Source: Aplysia californica
Lineage: Eukaryota
Direction: 5' to 3'
DNA length: 64,000 nucleotides
Assembly: GCF_000002075.1 (NCBI RefSeq)
Contig: NW_004797442.1
Coordinates: 108,250-172,249 of the forward strand
The notes beneath the pieces were generated by a model. It did not search any database. It was not told the origin of the DNA and worked only from the letters and a program-made list of their open reading frames with translations. Made by a program: the position numbers and the translations under genes. Position 1 is the stretch's first letter; each line of letters begins with the position of its first letter. Below, piece by piece: positions 12,401-26,078 of this stretch.

Positions 12401-12626
12401 ATGGATAATTATGTTTCTTGTCTTGCTAAGGACTGGGGCTGACAATCCCCCGTAAATGTGTTACAAATGCAAATTCTACAAACTTACATACAAACGCAAG
12501 TATTAACGTGTTATTGTTGTTTGGTTAAGTAATGTGCTACAAACGTGAGTGCTACAAATGCAAGTTAAAAAGGTGTTTTTTTGTTTGGGTCTAATGTGTG
12601 TGCTACAAACGAAAGTATTATTAGTA

Positions 12627-13429
12627 CAGTGGAGTCCACTTATAACGAGTCGGGGAAAAAATGAGAAGTCTGTTATAAAGACACTATGCTTAAACCCCGT
12701 TTTTTTCCCTTCTTTACCTTTGTAAATAAAATACTGCTATAGTGCAATCAGACAAACACGCAAGTCGGTTATAGCGGAATATTGCTGCTGTTGTGCACAG
12801 TGCATGGGCAAATTATACATAATGTAAAACCTCGTCAGTTGAGAAACTAGTTGGTGATCTAGCGAAACAAAGAATGGGAGAGACCATGTGCGTCAACAAT
12901 GAAGGCCGGAGCGACTGAGTAGGGAGGTTGTGGCATGCGCAGACAAGCAGAACGCATCGCGTGATAGGCCTGCGTAAGCCTTGTTTAGATTATCAAGGCC
13001 TAAAATGCCTCTCACTTCTCCGATGCGGGTATGGAGAGGTCACAGCAATATGGTGGATGGAGCGAATGTGTGGCATGTGCAAGCAGACGGAATGTACCAC
13101 AGGGTGTGATGGGGTGGGGGACAACACAGCGGGCGAGTTATCCTAGAGCCCTTTCTTTCTGATCGTCAACGAGCTGTCAGTCAACATCACTATAAACGCC
13201 AGAGAAAGAAACCAGATTCGATTTTTGATCAAGTAAGACCTAGAGGTCTTGAAACAAAATCATCATCAGGGGAGATAGCAAAAGGAAATAATCAGAACAC
13301 CAAACTCATAGATTAGGCCTACTTTACAGTTTCCCTTGAATTTATTACTGGATCCCTTATAGCGAGAATCCTGCTATAACGGACATTTTGCTCCGGTCCC
13401 CTCCCTCTCGTTATAACAGGATTCCACTG
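12627..13429. mobile_element. CAGTGGAGTCC-family MITE
   Basis: TA-flanked CAGTGG TIRs. Inverted copy at 35354-36145, partial copy at 63895-64000. Confidence 0.9.
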
Positions 13430-14887
13430 TATCAACGTATTGTAGTTGTACATTGGGTCTAATAATTTACACAACTTAAATGCACTATTACCCATTATGA
13501 ATTTAATTTGATTCAAGGTGCATGTGCTGAACTGTTCCATAAACTAATAATGGAACCAAAGCCACTATCGCTTGTCACTGGAGCCACTATAGGATATAGG
13601 GCGGTCAAAAATTCGGGGCACAGCTTATCCTCAAATATCTCTTCAACAGGTGAACCAGTGTCACCCATACTTTGCACATCAATTTGTCTTAACGCAATCA
13701 TATTTTTCCACAAAAATTGGGCTTCTATTAATTCATTCGCTACGTGTTATTTTCGGCTTGTGGACGAATTTTTTTTCGGGAGAGCGAAAGAGATGATGAC
13801 TAGTGGGCAGTTAAAAGGTCTTTGGGGCCACAAATTCAAATAAATATCAACGTATTATATACCAATATTTTCAGTATGGTTTGTAGAATACATCTGTAAT
13901 GTTTATTTATGTATTTTTCAACTTTGGCTCCTGTAAGAGATGATTATGCAACACAGTTTTGATTGGATGCGGATAAAATTTTAAAATAAAACATTTATAA
14001 TCTTTGGTGAAACTCAAAAAATATGTTTGCACCTAGTCAAATGATACATCAAAATAACCATAAATGAATATAGAACTGGAAAATATTGAAAAGTTTGCAG
14101 TTATTTACCTACATTCCATAATATTTGTACATTTTGAACATAACATCCGATATTTTTTTTTTAATCTAAAAATTTTATAATCTTGAAAAACGATCACAAA
14201 CAAAAAAAAAACCCCGCTCGTATCTTATATGGAATTATTCAGAATTGCATTTGGAGTAAACCTATACATGTCTTGAGAGGCACTTTTTGTGTAATTTCAT
14301 CAAAAAGTAGTGATTTTGGGGAGAAAAAACATTTTGACTATTTAGATTCAGACCTAGATCTAGCACTCAAAAATATTGATTTCTCAATAACAGTGCATTG
14401 GCAATATGAGTCCAATTGTAACAATATTATAAAAAAGAGTCCTACACTTCTTTAGTGGGCAAAATAATGATAGATTTTGTTGTGTAAAATTACAAGAACT
14501 GGTGTCCGGGCTATAATTTTGGCATCGCGATAAAAAAAAAGTCGAATAAACTACGAAATCGCATTTCAAAACTGAATCTAAACTTCCGATTTTCAGTGGA
14601 AATGCTTGACCCGGAAGTCAACATTACATTATGACCTTTATTTTAACATGGATATGTGGATTGGAATAGAATTTAAGCTAAAATTGAAGATCGGTTCTCG
14701 CGCCGCCGGGGGCGGCTTAGCGTACTGACGGCACTTTAGCCTCGCTGCCCCCCACGGCTCAGCGTAGCGAATAAGTTAAAAAACCTTTATTCATAAACTT
14801 ATATAAAATACTATAAATCTCCGTCATACAGAAAATAGGATGGTTCACAGCACTTCCCGCTTCTCACACACAATTTGCATACATATG

Positions 14888-15565
14888 CAGTCGAACCAGC
14901 CTTAACGGAAACCCGTATAAAACGGAAACCTGTCTTAACTGAATCTTCCCGCTCCCCCCTTTATATTTTTTCTCTTTAATTACCTGTATAAAACGGAAAC
15001 CTGTCCAACACGGAAACAGAGAGAAAAATCCGCTCCCTTCCAAGGTCGTGTTAGGGGGGTTCTTTTAAAGGGGACGGGGATTGCTGTTCTTTTTTAAAAT
15101 ATTCCCTTCTCTGAGTTCCCAACGAGTTGGTTGCAGGCTCAGGACATGGGTTGTTACAATACATTTCTTCTTTGTTGCCGTCATCAATGGCTGGCTGGAT
15201 ATATCTGAATGTTCGAAACATTTTTGTTTGTACGAAGAGAGGTGAAGTCTTACAACTGCCGTAAAATGTATCAAATGAAGAAGACAATGTGCAAGTGCAA
15301 AGGTACAAAACGAAATGTGTCAGACGAGGAAGACAAGGTAAAATAAGCAAAAATAATTGCATGGTTGCTGCTCGCTTTTCCCCTGCCCATGGCAGTTGTG
15401 CAATACAGATCTAGATGAGGCAAGACTGGCTACAGTTTGTCTCTTTTCTCTATCTGTCTACTACCAGTCAAGATGGCAATCGAAGCCAGCCCATTATACC
15501 GCCACCCCCTTTGTACCACCAACTTCATGCTCGTCCCAAGGTAGGCGGTTTAACAAGGTTGACTG
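14888..15565. mobile_element. CAGTCGAACC-family MITE (rearranged)
   Basis: Left ~400 bp nearly identical to 23665-24050. Confidence 0.8.
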
Positions 15566-15635
15566 TAGAACCAATTGTAAAGTTTTGATTTAAAACTTTT
15601 TTTTTTAAATGTAGCAAGTTCTTTGTTTGTTTCAG

Positions 15636-15778
15636 GGATCTATGTATGTGCCAAGTGTGGACATGAGCTATTCAGCAGTGTGTCGAAATATGAGCACTCA
15701 TCCCCATGGCCTGCATTTACCCAAACCATGAGAGAAGACAGTGTCCACAAGATTCCAGAATCACCAAAAGCAATAAAG
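15636..15778 (+). CDS. MSRB1: MSRB1 coding exon 2: [48 protein letters not shown]
   Basis: First Zn-binding CxxC and the SPWPAF motif of MsrB1. TTTCAG acceptor, AAG|GT donor, phases fit. Confidence 0.96.
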
Positions 15779-16901
15779 GTAGATCTAGATTTCCATTGGT
15801 CTCAGTCTTGAGTTAAGAAAGGCCAAAGGAATTTTTATGAGGCGTTAAAGGGTTTCAAAGAAGGTCAGTGCGAAATTTGTTGTTGTTACACAGATACAAA
15901 ATGAGCTATGACATAATGTGTCTCAAAATGAAGGGCATGCCCAAGAATCTCAAACTCAAAAACAAGAATTCTCGGATATCTCGTACAAAATGCTCTGTCC
16001 CTTTTCAGTCCCTATATTTTCTTTGGAACAAATCTGCTTCGCATTCTCAACTAAAGACCCAGCTTTACAGCCTTTCTTGCCACGAATAGGTGTTTCTTTG
16101 TCATTGTTAAAGCCAAAACGTTGTCTTTGTTTCACCACGAGAGGCTGGAGGAAGGGGGGGGGGGGAAGTGATGCTGACCACACCGCATGACTGGTTTGCC
16201 ACGTGTGCAATCATGCTGTGGGACGCACACTGTGCGGATGACAAGAGGCGTAACTTTCTGTACTGTAGGCCAATGAGATGAGAGGAAAGGAATGACGTAG
16301 GAGTTGGCTGTGCACTCGTGAGATTTTCTGCTTTCCAGTTTCATTCATTTTCTTACTTTCACACCGTCGACACGTTCATCGAGGGAGCTAACCCCCACAT
16401 TAATTTTTAATGTTCTTTTTTACCTCCCTTGATTTTCTCTCTATTTCTTTGTATTTGGGGTTTTCATGGACATGGCGAATAATGAAAATCTCGAACACTA
16501 TTTCCAATCCCTGATGAATTCGAGTTACCCGAGTTTGACTGTACCTATATATACAGGGTGTTCAAAAAGTCGCGCACCATCCTGAAACACACTTATTGTT
16601 ACAGATGCTCAAATTGAGCACCTTTTTCATTAATACAACTCTCTACTATGGACGGATGGGGCCTGTGGAGTGGCCACCACGATCACCGGATCTTGCTCCA
16701 CTCGACTTTTTCTTATGGGGGCATCTAAAATCGGTTGTGTACACGAATTCCACGCTCTCTTGACGAATTGAGGCAAACAATCACAATTGAGTGTCACAAC
16801 ATCCATCCAGATTCTCTAAGGAAAGTTATGAACAGTTTTTTTGCGGAGAGTAGAGTTGTTTTAATGAAAATGCTCAATCAAAGCATCTGTAACAATATAT
16901 G

Positions 16902-18449
16902 GGGAGTGCTTATTTAGGCCACATATGGCCTAAATAAGGTAAGGGAGGGGGGTTTAGCTTATTTAGGCCACACATGCTCAAACTACCCTTTTCAGGCAAC
17001 TGAGTTCGTTCCACTTTCATAATGGTGCACCTTTCTCATTTAGTACAGTTATGTCTCAGTGTACAACTTATAAACCATAATCATAATGAATATTGTAAAG
17101 AACAAAGCACAATACGCAAAATTTTGCTCAATCCCAATGGTTTGAATGAGGGCCAGATTTTTCCTTCATGGAGGGGCAAAAGCTAGGCTACCATTTTGGC
17201 ACACTTTGGTCCAGTGAAAAGGTCAAATCCTCCGAATGGACTTCCGGGTTAAATTTGGGGTATAAAAAGTGTGTACACAACGTGGCTGAGTCAAAGTTAC
17301 ACTATCTTTGCCTGAGTGACACTCTCTCGTACTGTCTCGTAGTAGTACATGTAGGCTAGTAGTAGTAGGCCTAGTAGTAGTAGTAGCAAAGATCGTGTAG
17401 AGAATATTTGGTAGTAGATTCTATCTAGTAGGCAATTTAGTGAACGTGCTCGCAGCAGGGCGAATCGGCCTCAATAAGCCCCGTAGACTTTTGTGATCGG
17501 CCACGAAGCCTCGTGTTTTGATGGGTCTAAACAACCCAGTGTTATTCGCACTGCCACATTCGACAGGCCTAGATCTACATCTTTTTAAAAGGAAAAGAAA
17601 GATCATCAAAATGGTTGAATTCGCGTGAAAATCGATTCGGTAGAACTAGAACTATTAAAATTTGCTTCTGAAAACAAGGCAATTTTTATACGAAGGCCAT
17701 TTTTATAACTCGATGAAATAAAAACTACTGGCTGTGTACTGTGTTATTCTGTATAAAAATAAATTATGAAACTTCAGGACGTATTATTATTTTTCAGCAT
17801 CTTTTGACGCCTGATCTGTAGAGGTTGAAGTTTTCACAACACTAATAGATCTAGTAATAGGCCAGGTAATAGGGCTTTCCGTAAAAAATGCATAGATCTA
17901 CAAAAGCCGAACCACCGAATTGACCGAGCACCTCGCTCTCCCCTGCACACTGTGATAATGTGTTGCTTCGGTATCGCATTATTCAACTATTATTAATACG
18001 TGCGGCTATGGCAATTGGGATGTACTGACTGACAAAAAATTAAGTTTTGTTTTTATTTTACCATATATTTGACTTTAATAGTGCAGGCAATAGCAAGATC
18101 TAGATTCCCTGTCTAGAATCAGTAGTAGCAGGCCTATGCTAGAAGTAGCCAGAGAGCCTACAACTGCTAGATCTAGATCTAACTTATTATTGCTATGCCT
18201 TTGGGCTTTGGAATTGAAATAAAACGAATTGCACAGTTCTAGTTACTTTTAGATTCAGCAAGTAACTGTATTTCCAGAGTTAATAATAACAAATCTCAGC
18301 ATAACAATCATTTTTACTTTTATTAGAATAATTAGATCCAACTTTTTTTCTAGAATCTGTTTTGCGCAAACTTAAGATTTTCTCTACTTGTAGAGCACAG
18401 AATTTACATTGTAAGCCTCTGCTCAGTCTTTTAGTATACATAATAAAAT

Positions 18450-18504
<55 letters not shown>

Positions 18505-20316
18505 TCTATATAATCATTTTATGTTGTTTTCGGGATATTTTTAAAACTCTTTTTTTCAACATGTCATAAAATCAAATTGTGCCATTTTCTTTGAAAAGAA
18601 TAGCATTAGCAGTGGACTTTTTAGACAGCGAGTCTCTGATTCAATATTTTTTTTAAAATATGCTAATCAATGAAAATTGATGATAGTTTACTCCTGAAGA
18701 GGATAGGTGGACTCCGGGGTCTGCAAAGCGAAATACTAGGTTTTAGGATGTGAACCCCGGAGTCACCGTAGTGAAATAAGGTTTGGTTTAAGTAAGGATT
18801 GGTGGACCCCGGGGTCAACGTAGTGATAAATAAGCAGGTTTAAGGTGGACCCCGGGGTCTACCTAGCGAAATACTAGGTTTTAGGACAGGTGAACCCCGG
18901 GGTCACCGTAGTGAAATAAGTATGTTTCTTTAAAGATCGGTGGACCCCGGGGTCAGCGTAGTGAAATAAGTAGGGTTAATTTTAAAAGGATTGGTGGACC
19001 CCGGAGTCAACATAGCCGTAGAAGAATAAGAAGGTTTAATTAAGGATTGGTGGACCCCCGGGACACCTTGATTAAACCTACTTATTTTACTACGGTGACC
19101 GCAGGTTCCACCTATTCTAAAAACCCAACTAGCATTTCGTTAGGTAGACCCTGGGGTCCACCTTCAACCTACCTATTTCACTACGTTGACTCCAGGGTCC
19201 ACCAATCCTTAAAATTATACCTAGATCTACATGCACTTATTTCACTACGTTGACCCCAGGGTCCACCAATCCTTAATTAAACCTAGATATACTTATAATT
19301 TCACTACGTTGACCAAGGGCTCCGCCAGTCCTACTATAGAATAAACTGAGGTCTACTTATTTCACTATGTTGACCCCGGGGTCCATCGATCCTTAGTTAA
19401 ACCTAGATCTACTACTTATTTCACTACGCTGACTCCGGGGCTCACATCCTAAATCCTAGCATTTTGTTAGGTAGACCCCGGGGTCCACCTATCCTTTTGG
19501 CTAGATAGACCCCGCAGTCCGCCTATCCACTTTCTTGATAATAACGGAAAACAATACATGCCAGTTGTCATGAATAGTGAAGAAAAATGATGGAAAAAAA
19601 AGACAATGAGGTATACTATAATTTATCAAAAAAATTGCAAGTGCAAGTGAAGATCATAAAATAATTTTGTTATTTTCTGGTCATCTTTCCCGGTTTATAA
19701 AAAAAATTCAGTGGGCCTACTACTAGATCTGTCTCTGAAGAACATTTTGCTTGCCTTTATTAGCTTTTTTCACGTACATGAAAGCATAGAATATATAGTT
19801 TCACACAAATATATGCACACTACTTTGAAAAAGAAAGATAAGGTCATTGGTTTTTTTACGGAATCCGTTTTACGTTGAAAAAAGCGCTAAAAACAAGTTT
19901 AAAAATTTTAAGAATGCCCATAATAATAGTATTAGGAATCCGAAATTACTACCTAGTTGGCTTACTCTTTAATAACAATGAGAGGTTAAGAAAAAAAAAG
20001 ACAATGATATAGGATTTGTCTAAATATGACCATTAGCAATAAAGATTTTGCCCATTTTGTCCAATTATCCATGCAGGTAAAATCACCCTGCACTGTACCT
20101 CAATAAGCACAAAAGGAATATTTCTGTGACTTTGTATAAAGGTGTGGCCTAAATAAGGTAAGGGAGGGGGGTTTAGCTTATTTAGGCCACAGGTGTGGCC
20201 TGAATAAGGTAAGGGAGGGGGGTTTAGCTTATTTAGGCCACAGGTGTGGCCTAAATAAGGTAAGGGAGGGGGGGTTTAGCTTATTTAGGCCATATGTGGC
20301 CTAAATAAGGTCACCC
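16902..20316. mobile_element. Non-autonomous Mutator-like (MULE) element
   Basis: 9-bp TSD CAATATATG (16893-16901, 20317-20325). Termini built from TTATTTAGGCC/GGCCTAAATAAG subrepeats. Confidence 0.85.
18696..19533. mobile_element. Foldback element made of ~60-bp subrepeats containing GACCCCGGGGTC, orientation flipping near 19070
   Basis: GGATAGGTGGAC.../...GTCCACCTATCC ends. Repeated GTAGTGAAATAAG on the left and CTTATTTCACTAC on the right. Confidence 0.8.
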
Positions 20317-21315
20317 CAATATATGTGTGTTTCAGGATGGTGCGCGACTTTTTGGAGCAAGGGAAATGCGAGATCTTAAGCAAACGGGATCTTTGCCAAC
20401 TCACTGTGGGAAGAATCTACGGTGATCCTTGTTAAGGCCCACAACCGGTAAAATGGTCTCCTTCTCTCAAAAATGAATTGACGTGAGTGGGTTCGAGCAA
20501 GGAGTGTTCAACCTTGACGATTAATCACAGTGGCATGAGGCATGCCATTTTCTCTTATTATCCTATCGTGAGCCTCAAAATCTACGCTTTTCCAGTTGCC
20601 CCTCCCCTTTACCTGTCCAAAATTTATAGCTATCCATCTCTGAATCTGACCGAGTTCCCCCTCCTTTATCGTTACGCACCACTTTGTCATGACCACACCA
20701 GTTAAAGTTCAGTCTGCCTAACAAATTCGGGAGTAGAGTCAACTGCTGCAATGTTTATGGAAGGGTTCACAGTTCGATGTGATCCTGCCTGGAGCAAAGT
20801 GATGTCAGTTTTAGGTGGAGAGCTCAGTTGTGAGTTTGATATAGATACTGGGTGTACATGTTATCTGTGCACATCTGTGTATTTTTCCCTTGTCAAAGGA
20901 AATGCCATGGCAGAGATGTAGCTCATTGAAGGTATGTTAATGTATGACTAATAATATGCTGTAAATAATCTATTCTGAAAGAACTTTTCTTGAAATTTTT
21001 GTCTTGAATTTTGGGTTCAATCTGTTTATATTATAAAAACAGGTATAAAGTTTTTTGCTTACTTTTAAATTTTTTGCAAAATGTTTCTGCCATTGGAAAA
21101 GTTCTAGTACAATATTGCAGAAGGCCAAATGAGGACAAATAGGAGAAAAGCCTTCTTCTGTTTCTCATTCCTGGAGATTTTATTTTCCCTCCTTTCTGTG
21201 TCCTTTTGAAGATACTATTGTTCTTCAAAATGATTAGAGCTAATTCAGAGAATACACATTTATCTGCTATCTTTAACAAATTCTTTAAAAGTTACAGTGT
21301 CACATTCCCAAACTA

Positions 21316-22087
21316 CAGTTGAACCTGCCCTGATGGCCTCCTCTTTAAGGCGGCCACTTTCCATTTCCTCCCTTGCATTTTTTCTATAATTTAACTGTGT
21401 AAAACGGGCACCTGTCCAACGCGACTGTGGCCGCCATTTTTTAAAACACAACCCTTATCACACTAAGCAATAACACCTGTCTTAGACGGCTACCTTAGTG
21501 ACTCCATTACATTTTGTCATAAATTGTGCATTGTGGGCGAGACGTCATAACCTATTGCCCTGTCGTTGTTGTAAGGTAGTCCCTCCAACCGATTGTGTTG
21601 CGTAGGCCCCTCCCACTGTTGACAAATTTTCAGTTGCTGGTGAGGTGAGCGTGTGATCCCTCGAAACCCATAAGTCCCGCCCAGAATTCATACACAAATC
21701 GTAAGTGAGATGAGTGGTCACTGTTTACCCAGTCTGTAACAAAGTAACAATGGACGTCAACATGAACTTGTAACAGAAGCGTCGCTTGTTCTCCGACAGG
21801 TGGCGACCCATGTGTTTGTTTTACCGTAGCACTCGATCCTTCTTGTCAGACACATTTCGTTTTATTGTCACCCTTGCACAAAAGCAACAACAAAAGAAAG
21901 AACAGAAAAAAAAACAGCGAAAAGAATAACAATAACAACAACAACAATGAGGCTACCTTCGGTTGGGACCTCAGAAAGGAATGGTTTGTTTTCTTCATCT
22001 TAATCAGTCCTGCCTAAGACGGCCACCTGTCTTATGCGGCCTCTTTTCTCCTTGACAATGGGTGGCTGTCTTACACAGGTTCGACTG
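21316..22087. mobile_element. CAGTCGAACC-type MITE, second subfamily
   Basis: TA-flanked TIRs. Full-length inverted homolog at 56683-57501. Confidence 0.9.
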
Positions 22088-22325
22088 TACATGGTGTTCC
22101 AGCTTTTCTTGGCATTGCTTAAATTCTATAGCTGTAAATAAAAACTTTTGAATTAATACATATTTTGTTATAAGAACGTTAATTCGGCCATCCAGATAGA
22201 GAGGTTTCCTTCATAATCTTTTGTAAGCTTCTCCCGCCATTTATACCAAACTGCTAGCATGTCTGTTATAGACTATATTTTATTATTCTTTTCAACAAAC
22301 TGACCATTACTTAAATTTCCCACAG

Positions 22326-22440
22326 GTAATATGTGGAAACTGCAAAAATGGACTTGGACATGAATTTCTTGCTGATGGTCCAAATGCAGGACAGTCAAGG
22401 TTTTGAATCTTCAGCTCAGCACTGAAATTTGTTCCGAAAG
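22326..22440 (+). CDS. MSRB1: MSRB1 coding exon 3: [38 protein letters not shown], with selenocysteine TGA at 22404-22406
   Basis: Second CxxC, GLGHEFxxDGP and RF(U)IFS catalytic motif. The TGA sits at the catalytic Sec position. CAG acceptor and AG|GTAAAG donor. Confidence 0.96.
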
Positions 22441-22483
22441 GTAAAGCATTTCATAAAGATAGAGAAGTAATTCAGACAAAATA

Positions 22484-23409
22484 CAGTAGTCTCCGCCTAA
22501 GATCCCGGTGCTCAGGAGCTAGGGAAATGCGGTATCTTAGCTGACGGACCCAGGGACAAATCTAAAGTGACCTATGTTAAGGCCCACAACTGGTAAAATG
22601 GTCTCTCTCCACTTTAAAATGAACTGACGTGACCCCTGGGTGAGTTTATGACATATTATGGTGAGCAAAGAGTGGTCAACTTTGATGACCAATCACAGTG
22701 GAACGAGGCACACCATTTAAATTCATTAACCTATTGTGAGTCTCAAGTTCTGCGCTTATCCAGTTGCCCCTCCCCTCCCCTTATCTGTCCAAAATTTATA
22801 GCTTTCCTTCTCTGACCGAGTTCCCCAGCCTTGGTCGTTATGCACCATTATGTTGTGACTACGCCTCTATTAAAATTTACTCTGTGTGGCAAATTCAGGA
22901 ATAGAGACGATTTATTGCTGCAATGGTCAAGGAAGAGTTCACAGTTCAATGTGATCCCGCCAGCAGCGAACTTGTAGTTGTAGGGCCTACCCACCCAGCG
23001 AGTGATGTAAATTTAGGTGGAGAGCTCAGATGCAAATGCAATGTTTCGGGTAACAAATGCGTTGGTCAGTTCACACCTCAGTGTTATCCTGTCAGGGGCA
23101 AACATTGTACTGTTTCTTCGAGTTTTACAACACTTATGCGATCACATTCACGAGAGTGACTGATCTTTGACACGACAGGCAGGTCAATGATTTCAACGTT
23201 TCACTCTTGGCTGTGCGCGCCTGCGTTTTTGTTCCGTAAATCATGATCTGAAATGCGGGATCTTAGCTGAAGGTAGACCTTCTGTCAGAGTGAATCAGAG
23301 CGGGATCTTAGGGGGGACTTTTGTATAGTAAAAATTGTGTTTTCTTTAAACAACAGGATCTTAAGCGAACCGCGATCGTAAGCGCTGGGATCTTAGGAAG
23401 AGACTACTG
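22484..23409. mobile_element. CAGTAGTCTCC-family MITE
   Basis: TA|CAGTAGTCTCCGCCTAAGATCCC...GGGATCTTAGGAAGAGACTACTG|TA. Relatives at about 20355-20830 and 51318-52095. Confidence 0.9.
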
Positions 23410-23664
23410 TACTAGACTGGGAAGACATGACTGTGCAGAATAAGTGAAAAAACAATGGAAGTAAATAACTGAGTTAAAAGTACTGTAGTTTCAGACGGAC
23501 TAGGTTATATTAGTTAGAATAGCCCAATTTAAATTCACTGCAGTTTGAAAGCTGTTTGGAAAGGATTGCTAACACACTCTCAATTCAGTCGGTTTCAATT
23601 TCAAGCCAGGTTGCAGAACAGGCACCAGCAATTTGAGTGGACACACAGATGCGTTTGGCCTAAA

Positions 23665-25733
23665 CAGTCGAACCTGCCTTAACGGAAACTTTTGTGAAAC
23701 GGAAAACTGTCTGAACGGAATCTCCCCACTCCCCATTTGATATATTCCTCACTACCTGTATAAAATATAAACCTGTCCAACGCGGAAACAGAAAGAAAAA
23801 TCTGCTCCCTTCCAAGGTCGTGTTGGGGGGGGGGTTGTTTTAAAGGGGACGGGGATTGTTGTTCTTTTTTTAAACATTCCCTTCTCTGAGTTCCCAACGA
23901 GTTGGTTGCAGGCTCAGGACATGGGTTGTTACAATACATTTCTTCTTTGTTGCCGTCATCAATGGCTGGCTGGATATATCTGAATGTTCGAAACATTTTT
24001 GTTTATTCGCAGAGAGGTGAAGTCTTACAACTACTGTAAAATGTATCAAATGAAACTGAAAGTAAAATCTGCTCTCTTCCAAGGGTTTTACCTGTCTAAG
24101 ACAGAAAATGTTTTGGCCGCTCAACCCTGATTTGACACAAAACTGGCAACTTTGGTTCCGCCAGCTCTAAACTTAACACCATGTCGGCTGGCGAGGAAGG
24201 GGAGTAGGAGTTCAATTTGGGATTAGATGTTACCCCATCTATGTGAGCCCTTAGCGATGCAGATGGTCAGGGTAGTCGGTAGTGTGGGTGTGAAATCTCA
24301 CGAGTGCTAGTACTGTGCTCGAGTAGCGAGACACTACAGAAACTTTCCTGTTCCTGGATAGCCAGAAGCCAGAGGTGTGAAATTGGGTTGACCAATGCCT
24401 GCCACCCTAATCGTACAATAGTCTCCGCATAAACGCACACCATACAAAAGCACGCTCCGCTCAAACGCACGCTTTCGTCATCTGACGGGTTTTTTACTAT
24501 ATAATTTAGACATACAAACGCACGGTCACTTCCTCTAAACGCACAGAGCACGCTCCAATCCGCGAAACACGCCGACAAGTTAAGCTTGACAAGGGGAAAT
24601 TTTCACAACAACCTGCACAGCCTGCATAAGACGAGCCTAGAATTTACTAGAAAACCAGATATTTGGTGAGAGTGCCCCTCAAAGAGAGTGATGGACAGCG
24701 TTTACACACCCTACTTTCCACTGACGAATAGGTCTCGGTCTAGGGCTGGTCGGTCAAATGTTGGGGGGGGGGGGACTGAAATGTTTGTTGATTGGTCACT
24801 CGAAATGTATCTTTGAGAGAAGCTTTCTGACTGGTGTTTGAGTTTGAGGGACTGCGTGCAATGTTTAGTTAGGTCTAGGCCTGATGCGCGACATGCGTAC
24901 ATGCCGTAAAACACTAGACAGGCCTCTATAGGATTAAAGATTAGCCAAGTAAGCCTAATAAGCTGCACTCGAAGAACTTATAACGTACTTGTTCAACGAA
25001 TCACAAGAGATAATGTTTCTCCAGGGTGAATCTGCATGAATTTACGGTCGGGGGTGGTCGCTTGGAAAGCTACGTGGCTGGTCCGTTTTCTCTATGACTA
25101 TGACCAACAGTTTCCTCTTAGGCTATCTGTTCCGGAAGTTTATAGTATTCATTACATTGAGTTTGTCTTTCTCTCCCCCCCCCCCCCCCCACCCCATTCA
25201 ACGCCTTTGTATTCTTAACCCCTGTCGTGAAATCCTTCACAAAACAGTCATGTGTCGTCACATTATCTGCCAAAATGACCCCCTCTCTCCAAGGGAGGTC
25301 ACTAGAGTAATAAGGAATTGAGATGACTGCGTCCCTTCCTCCCCTTGCAAAGGAGACTACTGTATGACCAGCTGAGAAAAGAGTTCCTAGAATCGTTGTT
25401 ACATCCGGCAGTAAGGGGTGGCATTGGTTGACTGTGCTTGTTACACAGATGGGTGAGGCTAAGGGTGGAAGCAAAGGAGATGTTCAAACGTTTCTGATTT
25501 TATCCTATGAAATGTGAGCACTGGTGTTAATTGGATAAGTAAGACCGACGCATGTTATTATCATAGAGGATATCAGTTGAAATGTGAAATTTTAACCACT
25601 GCTTGCCAACCGGACAAGCGACCCTTGATCCCACCAGCTGGGCCTTTGAAACCACCCTCAATTCCCCTGTCTGAGACGGAATTTTTTTCTGGCTCCCTTG
25701 CGATTCCATCTTATTTTTACTCAGGTTTGACTG
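23665..25733. mobile_element. CAGTCGAACC-family MITE with a nested CAGTAGTCTCC-like insertion (24416-25362)
   Basis: The sequence on both sides of the insert joins to match the uninterrupted 5902-6788 copy. Confidence 0.85.
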
Positions 25734-26078
25734 TATGGTAATTTGTAGCTGAGTTTTAAGCCTTCAGCTTCTCATCACTGCTTTGTGAGGAGCAGATTAA
25801 ATCAAAGAGGTTTCATATAATTTTCTCCCTTAGATGATCAGTTATAATGAACATAATATCGTAATTTTTGTTATCTCTTGACCTGCGTAGTGAAAAGATC
25901 AAATTTTGTTTCCTTTTCATCTTTGTTGTCCAAATGAACTGGCAGACACCTTTGGCTTATGAATCCAAAGACAGAATTTTCCACACAATTATTCTAGTTC
26001 CCATCTGCAGGCCTGAACAAATATTTTTTACTCTTGAATATGTATAAAGTAACCGTGTGTACTTTATTTTTCTTTCAG

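Larger units (their letters stand above)
16554..20356 (+). mobile_element. Tc1/mariner deletion derivative interrupted by a MULE
   Basis: TIR CAGGGTGTTCAAAAAGTCGCGCACCATCCTGAAACAC mirrored at about 20327-20356. WPPRSPDLAPLDFFLWGHLK transposase motif at about 16660-16740. Confidence 0.85.

Noticed and set aside
18696-19533. CRISPR-like palindromic repeats
   Set aside because: The intervening sequences are similar to each other and the orientation inverts mid-way, which fits a foldback transposon.
22404-22406. Premature stop making MSRB1 a pseudogene
   Set aside because: The TGA is at the catalytic Sec position, the downstream residues are conserved and a SECIS is present.
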